NCBI GenBank assembly: GCA_951406725.2
Contig: OX597823.1
Location: 55,800,001-55,864,000, forward strand
Direction of reading: 5' to 3'
Length of the DNA: 64,000 nucleotides
Source of the DNA: Octopus vulgaris
Taxonomy: Eukaryota
A program made the position numbers and the translations under genes. Below the pieces are notes generated by a model. It did no database searches. It saw nothing but the letters and a program-made list of their open reading frames with translations, and was not told where the DNA came from. Below are positions 15,566 through 27,826 of this stretch, piece by piece. Within the stretch, counting starts at the first letter, position 1. Each line of letters starts with the position of its first letter.

Positions 15566-16612
15566 CATACATACATACATACATACATACATACATACAT
15601 ACATACATACATACATACATACATACATACATACATACATACATACATACATACATACATACAAGCGAACACAGATAAGGATAGATATATGGCAAATTTT
15701 ACGACGTCATTTTTCGTGTGTGGATTCAGAATATTTTTGGGTTGTCTATTTAATTTATTTATCATACAAGTTGCAAATACATTCATAGATAACCCAAAGG
15801 AAATTTAGGATTCATATATCTAAAGGATACGGTACATGTGAATCATAACACAATCAACATTGAAGTGAAATAATACGCATGCATACGCGCGCGTGAGTGT
15901 TAGTGTTTAAGGGAAAGACATTATGTGTGATTGCTCTACGTTGTTTGTGCATGTATGTATGTATGCATGTGTGAATTAATGTCTGTATGTGCGTGATTGC
16001 GTGCGTATGTGTGTGTGTGTGTGTGTGTGTTTGTATGTACACCTCTTAACGGATTGCAATCTGTAAACGAAGATTTCCCCCAAGGGCGCCCAACTACACT
16101 AGGATAAAAGACAATCTGTGTGATGCGGATATAAAAGAGAATATATGACAGCCGAATTAGAGTCTGTTTGTTATTTGTAGCATAATCGTTAATGCACCAA
16201 GCCGCCAAGTAGGATATGCAGGTTGCCTTTAGTTTTCTTATTCCCCCTGCATTAGTTTAAGCAAGCAAAATATATCCAATCCATACGTTAATCTATGTTC
16301 GTGTGGGCGAGCGTGTATATGTTTGTGGTGTGTGTATATATGTGTATATTAATATATGTATATATTTATAAAGTGTAAGAATGATAAAATGAAAAGAATA
16401 ATAAGATATAAACAAGTATATCTAATATATAAAATTCAATATCTATATCTACCTATCTATCTACTATATTTCTGTATACATACATTACATATATATGTGT
16501 GTGTACCTGTATGTATGTATGTAAGTATGTATGTATATATAGCAAAATGTTGTTATGCAACTTGTTACGATATATAGTCACATACACACATACATATACG
16601 CATATAGATATG

Positions 16613-16661
<49 letters not shown>

Positions 16662-17073
16662 TGCATGTAAGATTACATTGCATCCAGTGGTGAGGCCAAA
16701 GACATGGGCTCTGGATTTGTGCGAAGCTACCATTAAAACTTGGTCACTTCTGACCTGGAGCGATAGTTCCTCTCAGGGTCCCATCTATGGCTTAGAAATA
16801 TTTTTGTAAGGGTCTATCGCGTTCCTTAGCTGTGGCGAAAGCAATCAATCTAGGACGAAAGAAAACTCCAAACTGAAAACTCATTCATAACGATCCATAA
16901 GGCAGCACGGAAGAGTATGGCTGATAAAACTATCATGAGGTATGTCCAATAACATAAATTCATACTGTGTAGATATACTATCTCAGGGTATTTCGTCAAT
17001 TTTTATTCTGTGTAGCCACAATAAAAAGTTATCTCATGTTGCGGTGTATTCTGAAGCAGGCGAAGATATCGGG

Positions 17074-17115
<42 letters not shown>

Positions 17116-17782
17116 GCACACACATATATATGTAGATATATGATATATATGTGTGTGTGTGTATATATATATACATACATACATATATATATACATACAT
17201 ACATACATACATACATACATACACACATATATATATATATATACATATATATACGTATATATGTCTCTGTATGTGTGTAGGCATACGTGTATCCATGTGT
17301 GTATTTATGAGTTTCTGTGCACAAATCTATAAGTATTCATCTATAAAATCAAAACAAAATCAAATACATACACCTACACGATATACGCAAATACTTATAC
17401 AAACTATCGATGGATTATATGTCTAGACGAGAAGACGCGATCCATTTATGCTAAAGGATTGATTGAAGAAACCATTACAGAAAATACGAAAGACAATAAT
17501 AGCAGTAAAACGCACACTCATTCACATGCTTCTCTTACACATGTTAACATACATACGCATATGCACTCACAAAGACAAATATTCAAGTCTTTATTTAAAT
17601 ATATGTAAATATAAGGAAAATTCAAATTGCAAAGAAGTTAATAAAAATATTTTTTTATAAATGTAACGTCCAAAACAGATATACATTAGATATGCTTGAT
17701 ATTTGAAATTCATCCCGATTTTTTGAACGGTACTACATATATATATATACTTTATTTAAAGCAGCAGAAAATTCAACAAAAT

Positions 17783-17820
17783 ATGTTACTCTGAGTTTTT
17801 CGCTGCTGTTCATCAGACAG
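17783..17820 (-). ncRNA. Decayed hammerhead-like motif
   Basis: UGU-CUGAUGA-acagcagc-GAAAAACUCAGAGUA^ACA in a short TA-flanked insert; stem II degraded. Confidence 0.45.
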
Positions 17821-17974
17821 TTTTTGTTATATATATATATATATATAAACTTTATTTAAAGCAGCAGATATATATAAACTTACATACATGAATGCATGTA
17901 TGATTATATCTATGTATAATAGTACAAAAGTATAACTAAACAGGAAAACTATTCTTATTAGCTTAGATTACATA

Positions 17975-18622
17975 CTCTCTCTTTTTTTACTCTTTTACTT
18001 GTTTCAGTTATTTGACTGCGGCCATGCTGGAACACCGCCTTTAGTCGAGCAAATTGACCCCGGGACTTATTCTTTGTAAGCCCAGTACTTATTCTATCGG
18101 TCTCTTTTGCCGAACCGCTAAGTTACGGGGACGTAAACACACTAGCATCGGTTGTCAAGCAATGCTAGGGGGACAAACACAGACACACAAAGACACACAC
18201 ACATACTCTCTTTTACTCTTTTACTCTTTTACTTGTTTCAGTCATTTGACTGCGGCCATACTGGAGCACCGCCTTTAGTCGAGCAAATCGACCCCGGGAC
18301 TTATTCTTTGTAAGCCCAGTACTTATTCTATCGGTCTCTTTTGCCGAACCGCTAAGTAACGGGGACGTAAACACACCAGCATCGGTTGTCAAGCAATGCT
18401 AGGGGGACAAACACAGAAACACAAACATATACACACACATATACATATATACATATATACGACGGGCTTCTTTCAGTTTCCGTCTACCAAATCCACTCAC
18501 AAGGCATTGGTCGGCCCGAGGCTATAGCAGAAGACACTTGTCCAAGATGCCACGCAGTGGGACTGAACCCGGAACCATGTGGTTGGTTAGCAAGCTACTT
18601 ACCACACAGCCACTCCTGCGCC
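17975..18622 (-). mobile_element. SINE family A with tandemly duplicated 3' half
   Basis: 17975-18203 repeats 18205-18430. Confidence 0.88.
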
Positions 18623-18934
18623 TATATATATATATATATATATATTTTATTTTATCTAGTTTCGGCTCACGAGCTGTGGCCATGCTGGGGCACCGCCATT
18701 CATATATATATATATACTACATATGTGGGTAACTCTGTCTGTGGGTGTCTTTGTGGAGTTGTTATCTAACTCCTCCTTCATCGTTTTATCGATTTTGATG
18801 AAACTTGACACGTGAGTAGAACTCATATCTGGAAGCCTCATGGCATACTCAGATTCTAGAGAAATTTCTTAGTATTTGAACCGTTATAGTTAATTTCGCA
18901 GTTTACTCAGTACAACCCTTAAACAAGTAAATAG

Positions 18935-18990
<56 letters not shown>

Positions 18991-19015
18991 GAGAGAGAGA
19001 GAGAGAGAGAGATAA

Positions 19016-19075
<60 letters not shown>

Positions 19076-19182
19076 AACTTACTTGGAAGAGGATGCGTGG
19101 CGTTCAATCATATAATAATATATATAATATATATATACATATGCATATATATATACGTATATGTACATACTTACATCTATAA

Positions 19183-19228
<46 letters not shown>

Positions 19229-19232
<4 letters not shown>

Positions 19233-19935
19233 CAAAAATAAGGGTGAACAAATTGGATATCAATTTAATAATACCATCAATTTAACACCAAGTGGATTAG
19301 CGCATAAAAAAACCAGGGATGCAGTAAAAATTAATACACAATATAAGAGACTGTCCACAATGTGGTCGACTCTTGCGCTAAAAATAGATCCGCTATGGTC
19401 TCAACCACTAAGAATTGTTTCCAAGGAGAATCAGCACAACTATGAACGTAAATGAGCAGGACAAATGAAAAATAACAAAAATGTAGATTAATTATAGACA
19501 ATTGTTTCGCTATTAATGGATTATGCAATTTTACTTACATAATATATCTGTAGCTCTTCAGTAGAATTTGTCTTTACTGAATTTACTTTACAATTTACTG
19601 AACCCCATGCCAGCTTTTAACATAACGTCAAACACACGTGTGGTTCAGTCAATTATATTCGCAGTTATGATTCGAATGCCCTCGTTATAGCGCGCCAACA
19701 TTACCGGAAACAAATACTGCATAAAAAATTTACTGCAGTATAATTAAAATCAAAAATAAGGGTGAAAAAATTGGATATTAATTTAATAATACCATCAATT
19801 TAACACCACTTGGTGTTAAATTAATGGTATTATTAAATTAATATCCAATCTTTTCACCCTTATGGTTGAGACCATAGCGGATCTATTTTTAGCGCAAGAG
19901 TCGACCACATAATGGGCACTCTCTTATATTGTGTA
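19229..19935 (-). mobile_element. Retrozyme/pLTR-like element: ~518-bp unit, partial direct repeat and inverted segments
   Basis: aaatcaaaaataagggtgaa.. occurs at 19229 and 19747; hairpin ~19755-19863; 19863-19935 is an inverted copy of ~19335-19408; flanked by (TA)n. Confidence 0.75.
19491..19567 (-). ncRNA. Type I hammerhead ribozyme
   Basis: AUUCUA-CUGAAGA-GCUA..(AUUAUGUAA/UUGCAUAAU)..UAGC-GAAAC-AAUU-GUC^UAUAAU; one mismatch in stem I. Confidence 0.82.
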
Positions 19936-19993
<58 letters not shown>

Positions 19994-20191
19994 TAAGTAG
20001 CTGAATGAATTATCCTAGTATGGATAATTCGGTTAACCGATACCTGGGTAGCAAATTTACGTCAGAAAGCACGGTTGAAGCTACATGCCAAGGGCAGAAA
20101 TCACGTGCTTTTGTGTGGAAATTTGTGTGTTTTTTTACTATAGATAAATGAAAGAATGGAGTCGAACGACGATTTAACAAAATTCCTTTAT

Positions 20192-20272
20192 TCTCGACAT
20201 ATGTTTCGAAGACTGCATATTCTTAATTCCGAAGGAATAAAGGGTGCATTATACCGTCTTCTCATCAGGAAA
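20192..20272 (-). ncRNA. Type I hammerhead ribozyme
   Basis: UUUC-CUGAUGA-GAAGAC..GUCUUC-GAAAC-AUAU-GUC^GAGA. Confidence 0.88.
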
Positions 20273-20421
20273 GACAAGGAACGTATGTCAGCATCATGAC
20301 GAACAAAAACTTTTAGATGACTGCCCACACGGAGTCCATAGTGATAAATGGACTATGGACTCCGTGTGGGCAATCATCTAAAAGTTTTTGTTCGTCATGA
20401 TGCTGACATAAGTTCCTTTTC

Positions 20422-20502
20422 TTTCCTGAAGAGAAGACGGCATAATACACCCTTTATTCCTTCGGAATTAAGAATATGCAGTCTTCGAAACATATGTCGA
20501 GA
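20422..20502 (+). ncRNA. Type I hammerhead ribozyme
   Basis: TTTC-CTGAAGA(20426-32)-GAAGAC.GCATA..TATGC.GTCTTC-GAAA(20487-90)-CATATG-TC^GAGA. Confidence 0.88.
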
Positions 20503-21181
20503 ATAAAGGAATTTTGTTAAATCGTCGTTCGACTCCATTCTTTCATTTATCTATATATATATATACACATATATGGGTACAGGACGTCATGAAGTACGAG
20601 TATATGGAATATGAACTATTTTTCGAACAACGCAAGACATAAATGAAAAACAAGACAAACAACATGAAAAACTACCCTTCATCAGTTGTTGGCTGTTTTT
20701 CTACTCACGTATTTCGAGCATTTAACAACAACATTCGCTTTTGATAAAACAGTTGCTCCTGCAAAGCAAATTATATACAAATTGGGATTTTGCGTACGGT
20801 CAAAATTGGTAATACAAACAGGACAGTAAAAACAGACAGAAAGGGCTGCTTAGCCTAAACGAGGTTGTGGTGGCGAAAGTGTAAATCAAGCATGGACAAG
20901 AGACAGACAAGAACACGTCTTCCTTGTTCCAGCTACAACGGAGAGAAAGAAAGAAACACAAGTTAGGAGAAGAAAGAAAGATGGCCGATGGTCACGTGGG
21001 AGCCACGTGAGCAAAGGAGGAGGAGTGAAGGAGAGAGAGTTACAGATAGAATTGTGAGAGAAAATAAGGTAAAAGAATAAGAGAGAGAGAAAGAGACAAA
21101 AACTAAAGAGTAAAAAGATCGTATAGAGTGCGTATCAGAATTAAGATAAAACTTACTTGGAAGTTCGGGAAGTGAAAAAGT

Positions 21182-21217
21182 CTTTAACATTTCGAGCCTA
21201 CGCTCTTCCACAGAAAG
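21182..21217 (-). ncRNA. Minimal hammerhead-like motif, CUGUGGA core
   Basis: CUUU-CUGUGGA-A-GAGC(GUAG)GCUC-GAAAU-GUU^AAAG. Confidence 0.55.
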
Positions 21218-21253
21218 GAACACAGAAAGAAAGAAACAAGAGAAAATAAAGTA

Positions 21254-21324
<71 letters not shown>

Positions 21325-21330
<6 letters not shown>

Positions 21331-21688
21331 GAAAGAATGGAGTCGAACGACGATTTTAATAAATTCCTTTACTCTCGACACATGTTTCGAAGGCTGCATA
21401 TTCCTAATTCCGAGGGAATAAAGGGTGCATTATGCCGCCATCTCATCAGGAAAGACAAGGAACTTATGTCAGCACCATGAAGAGCAAAAACTTTTAGATG
21501 ACTGCTCACATGATGTGATGTCCACAGTAATGATGTCCACAGTAAAAAAAAACAAAAAAACACAAATTTACACACGAGAACACCTGCCCTTGGCATATAG
21601 CTTCAACCGTGTTTTCTGACGTGAATTTGCTACCCAGGTATCGGTTAACCGAATTATCCATACTAGGATAATTCATTCACCTTCTTAT
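21325..21688. mobile_element. Second copy of the 20-kb pLTR family: hammerhead segment (-) joined to the terminal tail (+)
   Basis: 21325-~21510 matches 20144-20330; ~21545-21680 is the reverse complement of ~20000-20140; flanked by (TA)n. Confidence 0.85.
21373..21453 (-). ncRNA. Type I hammerhead ribozyme
   Basis: UUUC-CUGAUGA-GAUGGC..GCCUUC-GAAAC-AUGU-GUC^GAGA. Confidence 0.78.
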
Positions 21689-23010
21689 ATATATATACAC
21701 ATATATATATATATATATCGTGTCACATTTTCAGTATGACTTGGTTTCAAAATGTCTGACGTATATTTTCAATTGTGTCCGTTCTGAAGTTCATGTAAAT
21801 ATCGCTTAAACAGGTTTGCTGTTCTTTGTCTTTCATGACATCCAATAAGAATATGGTATTACGCTGAATATACTGAAATAAAATATTTTAAGCAATTGAT
21901 CAAGGATGGTTAAACTCTGCAGTAAAAGTCGTGTCAAAGTTTCACAATGACGTCATTTAATTTTCTCAAAATGGCTGCTGTTTACTTTCAGTTGATTCTG
22001 CTCCGTTTGTTATGTCAATATTGTTTATGTGTTCAGATTATCAATACAGACTTTCTAGCTTCTGTTGTTTGATGAAATACATAAACCACATCAAATAGAA
22101 AACATACATCCTGCTAAATGGATTAAAGAGTGGAAATAGGTGTTACAAATCAGACGTTGTGATTAATAAATTATCATAACTATATGAACTTGACAGTTTG
22201 ACTCCTAAAATTCTACTTTGAAAAATTATGAAATTGCTTATATATACATAAATACATATATACATGCATACGTACATAGAAATGTGTGTCTGTGTGTGTG
22301 TGTACATGCGTGTATATACATACAACTATTCATATACACACACTACAAAGCAGAAACGTCAGTTCACGGCACAATTTCTCCGAAGATTTCCTAACTCCGA
22401 AATATTGAAACATAAGTTATAAGTACAAAGTATCGATATGTATTATATCTTATAACTTGCATTGATTTAGCTTTAAACAACTAAGAACACACTTATGTAT
22501 TATATGAGTGAGTGTGCATGTACGCATGGATGGATGGATGTTTGTTTGCATTTGTATATGTATATGAGTATGTATGTGTGTATATGAATGTACATACATG
22601 AAAGCAAAAAAAATAATAAATGGCGGGATGAAAAGTCTTTCCGCAACAGTCTCATCTATTTTACCAGATTCTGTGTGGTTTATATTCCCATTGGACGAGA
22701 CATCGTTCCGCCAAAGGGTTACTCATTTTTGTTAGCTAAATGGACAGGAGCAACGTGAAATAAAGTGTTATACTTAAGAACACAACACATCGCCCGATCC
22801 AGGAATCGAAAGCACGATCTTATGATCATGAGTGCTATAACTTAACCACTATGCCACGCACCTCAACATATCTATATGCACACATATACATACACACAAA
22901 TACACACCTATATATACATAAATACATACATACATACATACATACATACATACATACACCTCCACACAAACACACGTATATATTTATCGCTTTATTTTAT
23001 GCGATTATTA

Positions 23011-23950
23011 AGGCGGCGAGCTGGCAGAAACGTTACCACGCCGGGCGAAATGCGTAGCCGTATTTGGTCTGCCGTTACGTTCTGAGTTCGAATTCCGCCG
23101 AGGTCGACTTTGCCTTTCATCTTTCCGGGGTCGATATAATCGACTTAATCCGTTTGTCTGTCCTTGTTTGTCCTCTCTGTGTTTAGCCCCTTGTGGGTAG
23201 TAAAGAAATAGGTATTTCGTCTGCTGCTACTTTCTGAGTTCGAATTCCCCCGAGGTCAACTTTGCCTTTCATCCTTTCGGGGTCGATTAAATAAGTACCA
23301 GTTACGCACTGGGGTCAATATAATCGACTTAATCCGTTTGTCTGTCCTTGTTTGTCCCCTCTGTGTGTAGCCCCTTGTGGGCAGTAAAGAAATAGGTATT
23401 TCGTTTGTCTTTACGTTCTAAGTCCAAATTCCGCCGAGGTCGACTTTGCCTTCCACCTTTTCGGGGTCGATAAATTTAGTACCAGTCACGTACTGGGTTT
23501 GATCTAATCGACTGGCCCCCTCCCCACAAATTTCATTTGATTATTTCTTATATGTAATGGGGCAAGTTGACAGATCGTTAGAAACGCCGCGCACTACACT
23601 TTGCGGCATTTCGTCCGCCCTTACGATCTGAGTTCAAATTCTGGCGAGCTCCACTTCGCCTTACATTTTTTTTTGAGGGTAGGAGGTCAATAAAATAAGT
23701 ACCAGTTGAGTGTTGGGGGCCGATATAATCAACTTATCCCTCACCCAAATTTCAGGTCATGTGTATATAGTATAAAAGATTATTTAATATGTGTAAGTGT
23801 TGTTAGAAACGCCGAGCAAACGTGCTTAGCGGCATTTCGTCCGTCTACATGTACTGAGTTCAAATTCCACCTTGGTCGACTTTGCCTTTCATCTTTTAGG
23901 GGGTCAATAGAATGAGTACCAATTGAGTGCTGGAGTCAAATTTGGTGGCC
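23011..23950 (+). mobile_element. Cluster of SINE family B (Meta/MESC-core-like) with tandem internal repeats
   Basis: ggcggcgagctggcagaa head; repeated gcctttcatcctttcggggtcgataaa..agtaccag core. Confidence 0.85.
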
Positions 23951-24212
23951 TTGTATCAACATTTTAAACCATTACTTCTCATGTGCAAGAATTTTATAAA
24001 ACAGAAAATGTATGAAAATATGTTGTTGCTATTCTTGGAAAAGTGCAACACTGTAGAAATTCCTTCATATAAGAATTTTAGTGCAACTTTGGTATGTCTA
24101 TTCCATACAATCGTTCTTTTCTTCATTCTTTCAGTTTTGTTTCTTTTTCTTTATTTTCTCTTTGTTTCTATTTCTGCTTGTTCGTTTCATTATAAAATGC
24201 TGTTTACTTTTA

Positions 24213-24908
24213 GTGTGTGTGTGTGTGTGTGTGTGCGTTTGTGTGTGTGTGTCTGTACATTTGTGTGTGTATTTGTATGTGAGAATGTGTATTTGTGTGT
24301 GTTTGTATGTGTGTTTGTGTGTGTTTGTATGTGTGTGTGTGCGTGTTTGTGTGTGAGAATGTATGTGTGTGTGTCTGTACGTTTGTGTGTGGATTTGAAT
24401 GTGAGAATGTGTATGTGTGTGTTTGTTTGTATGTGTGTGTGTGTTTGTATGTGTGTGTGTGTGTTTGTGTGTGAGAATGTGTGTGTGTGTGTCTGTACGT
24501 TTGTGTGTGTATGTGTGAGAATGTGTATGTGTGTGTGTTTGTATGTGTGTGTTTGTGTGTGTTTGTATGTGTGTGTGTGCGTGTTTGTGTGTGACAATGT
24601 ATGTGTGTGTGTCTGTGCGTTTGTGTGTGTATTTGTATGTGAGAATGTGTATGTGTGTGTGTTTGTATGCGTGTGTTTGTGTGTATTTGTATGTGTGTGT
24701 GTGTTTGTGTGTGTGTGTCTGTACGTTTGTGTGTGTATTTGTATGTGAGAATGTGTATGTGTGTGTGTGTTTGTATGTGTGTGTTTGTGTGTGTTTGTAT
24801 GTGTGTGTGAGAATGAATGTGTGTGTGTCTACGTTTGTGTGTGTATTTGTATGTGAGAATGTGTATGTGTGTGTGTTTTTATGTGTGTGTTTGTGTGTGT
24901 TTGTATGC

Positions 24909-24949
<41 letters not shown>

Positions 24950-24990
24950 TCTATGCACGTTTGTATGTATATATGTGTGTGTATGTGTGT
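24213..24990 (+). repeat. (TG)n-based higher-order minisatellite
   Basis: Recurring GAGAATG and CTGTACGTTT landmarks within TG runs. Confidence 0.85.
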
Positions 24991-25300
24991 CTTGCTCCGT
25001 TCGTTCGTTTTTATCCTTGCTGTAACTTCTGAAGCAAATTGCAAATACAACAACCACAACAACAGCAATAACAGCCAAAGCGCAAGCGCTGACAACAACA
25101 CCTTATTGAAATGATAATAACGATGACAACGCTCACTACCGCTAACACCACCATCACCACCACTTCCTCTTACGACTACGGCTGCTATCGCTGCTATTAC
25201 AACTATTTCTACTACCGCTAAAAATAATTAATAGTAATGAAGAAAATTATAACTTCCGTAGCAAAATGTCCCCCTTTGCTGCTGAAGTAGCAGCGATACC

Positions 25301-25381
<81 letters not shown>

Positions 25382-25456
25382 CGTGGTTGTCGTGGCGGCG
25401 GCGATGGTGGTGCTGCTGTTGGTGATGGTTTGTGGAGGTTTATGGTGGCAGTGATG

Positions 25457-25489
<33 letters not shown>

Positions 25490-26072
25490 ATAATAGTAGT
25501 GGTAGTTTGGATGAAAAATATGAAGAAGCAAAAAGGAAACAACGAGAGAGAGAGAGAGTGGGGAGGAGGAGGAGGACATGATGGTGGTGGTGGTGGTGCA
25601 TCTGAAAAAGAAGAAGAAGAAGAAGAAGAAGAAGAAGAAGAAGAAGAAGAAGAAGAAGAAGAAGAAGAAGAAGAAGAAGAAGAAGAAGAAGAAGAAGAAG
25701 AAGAAGAAGAAGAAGAAGAAGAGGAGTTGCTCAAGGAAATATGTCAATGTGAGTAATGACATTGGAATATTTCTCCCTGAGGGCGCTTTTTGCATGAAAA
25801 ATATAATTTTTTCATAAACTGAAATTGCTTTGGTAATGACAAAGAAAGTTTGTTACGTTAATGATAATTAATGTCAAGAGAGAATCAGTTTAAATGTGGA
25901 TGTGTGGCAGAGTTGAACTTGATATTTGATCGTTATGGAGACAACCCCAGACACGTTTCGATATTAGTAGACATCTTCAGCATAGAATCATCCCAAGATA
26001 TCCAAAGATCTTTAAAATATTTTTGAAATGAATAAACATTTTGTCTAAAAAGAATTCACTGATATTCTGATT

Positions 26073-26236
26073 AGGTGCAGGCGTGGTTGTGTGGTAAGTA
26101 GCTTGCTTACCAACCACATGGTTCCGGGTTCAATCCCACTGCGTGGCACCTTGGGCAAGTGTCTTCTACCATAGCCTCGGACCGACCAAAGCCTTGTGAG
26201 TGGATTTGGTAGACGGAAACCGAAAGAAGCCCGTCG

Positions 26237-26281
<45 letters not shown>

Positions 26282-26500
26282 TGGTGTGTCTGTGTTTGTC
26301 CCCCCCCCCCCAACATCACTTGACACCCGATGCTGGTGTGTTTAGGTCCCCGTAACTTAGCGGTTCGGCAAAAGAGACTGATAGAATAAGTATTAGGCTT
26401 ACAAAGAATAAGTTCTGGGGTCGATTTGGTCGACTAAAGGCGGTGCTCCAGCATGGCCGCAGTCAAATGACTGAAACAAGTAAAAGAGTAAAAGAGAGTA
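26073..26500 (+). mobile_element. SINE family A, full length
   Basis: tRNA-like head (tggttgtgtggtaag..ggttcaatccc), internal microsatellite, (GAGTAAAA)n tail. Confidence 0.9.
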
Positions 26501-27712
26501 AAGGTAAAGGTGAATTAAAATAATATGTCTGGAATTGCCACTATTGCATCAATGTAGCTCATTATCATTTCACGTTACAGCTATTTACTACGTGCTAATA
26601 TATTTTCTCTTCACACAATGTAGCTCGTATGCTTAGCTGTGTATTTAAGTAGTTCGCTTCTCATCACTTGGTTACGAATCTAGACACACTGCGTAGGTTG
26701 GCAGACATGGTACAGAATTGGTGATCCTTAAAACTTTCACCATATTTTTACCATACTTACCCTCTTTTAAAAGCACGTGGTGTTGCTTAACCACTCTGTT
26801 ATCTAATACCCACTGCGAAATCAATGGGTAAAGTTGGTTGAAATCGATTAACAATACTGCGTATTTTGAGTCATGTGGTACAATATTAATTCTTTTTTTT
26901 AATTATTAACTAATTAAAATCAATACCTCTCAATTCCACATCAGTCATTATATCTCGGACAAATAATTTTTAAAAAATCACAAATCAACAACAGCTGAAG
27001 ACAACCACCAAATCTCAAGAGACTTTGAACAAAGGCGAGATTCACATTGAAGAAAGAGATAATAGAAGTAGCAAATGGTAGAGACCGTCGTTGTAGGACA
27101 TATGAAATAATTGAGCAAGGAACGACCAAAAGATTCAAGAAATGGAAGTGAATACCAGAAATAGTTAATACCATTACAAAACAAAAAAATTCCTCTTTAT
27201 GCATTAGAACGCATGTATTTGAGAAGCTGGAAATTGAAAGCGCTTACGCCCAAAATACTCCCTTGACATTAAGTACTATATTCAAATTTCTTCCACAAAA
27301 TTCAGTGACATTCTGTTATATAAAAGAAATTTTATGAATATTTAATAACTTCAGAAAAATCTTTTTCTAATCATATATATCGTGAATAGAATTATAGGCC
27401 TTCGGTGTATTTTGACTATGGAAATTAGTCTAATAGTAGGGCATATAAAGCCTCGTAGTAGAAAAAAGTGGGCATTAGTGTATGTAGGAACCGACTGGTG
27501 AGCACACTTAGTGTGAAAGTCAAAAGAGTGCGTTTGATTCCTACGCGTACTAATGCCCAGTTTTTTTTTCCTTCATGGGGGTTTATATTCCCTAATATTA
27601 GAATATTTTCTATAGTCAATATACGGTAAAGGCTTAAAATTTCAGTCACCACCATTGCTCAATTTACACAGAATTCACATATGTTTACAGACAGGCAGGC
27701 AGGCAGACAGGC

Positions 27713-27826
<114 letters not shown>

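Larger units (their letters stand above)
19991..20555 (-). mobile_element. Non-coding PLE pLTR-type element with 204-bp fold-back and two hammerheads
   Basis: In (TA)n. Arms 20139-20342 and 20352-20555 with a 9-nt loop. Homologous to the PLE 3' end at 60514-60822 (cgatacctkggtagcaaa, agcacggttg, gagtygaacgamgatt, aattccga..gaataa). Confidence 0.85.
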
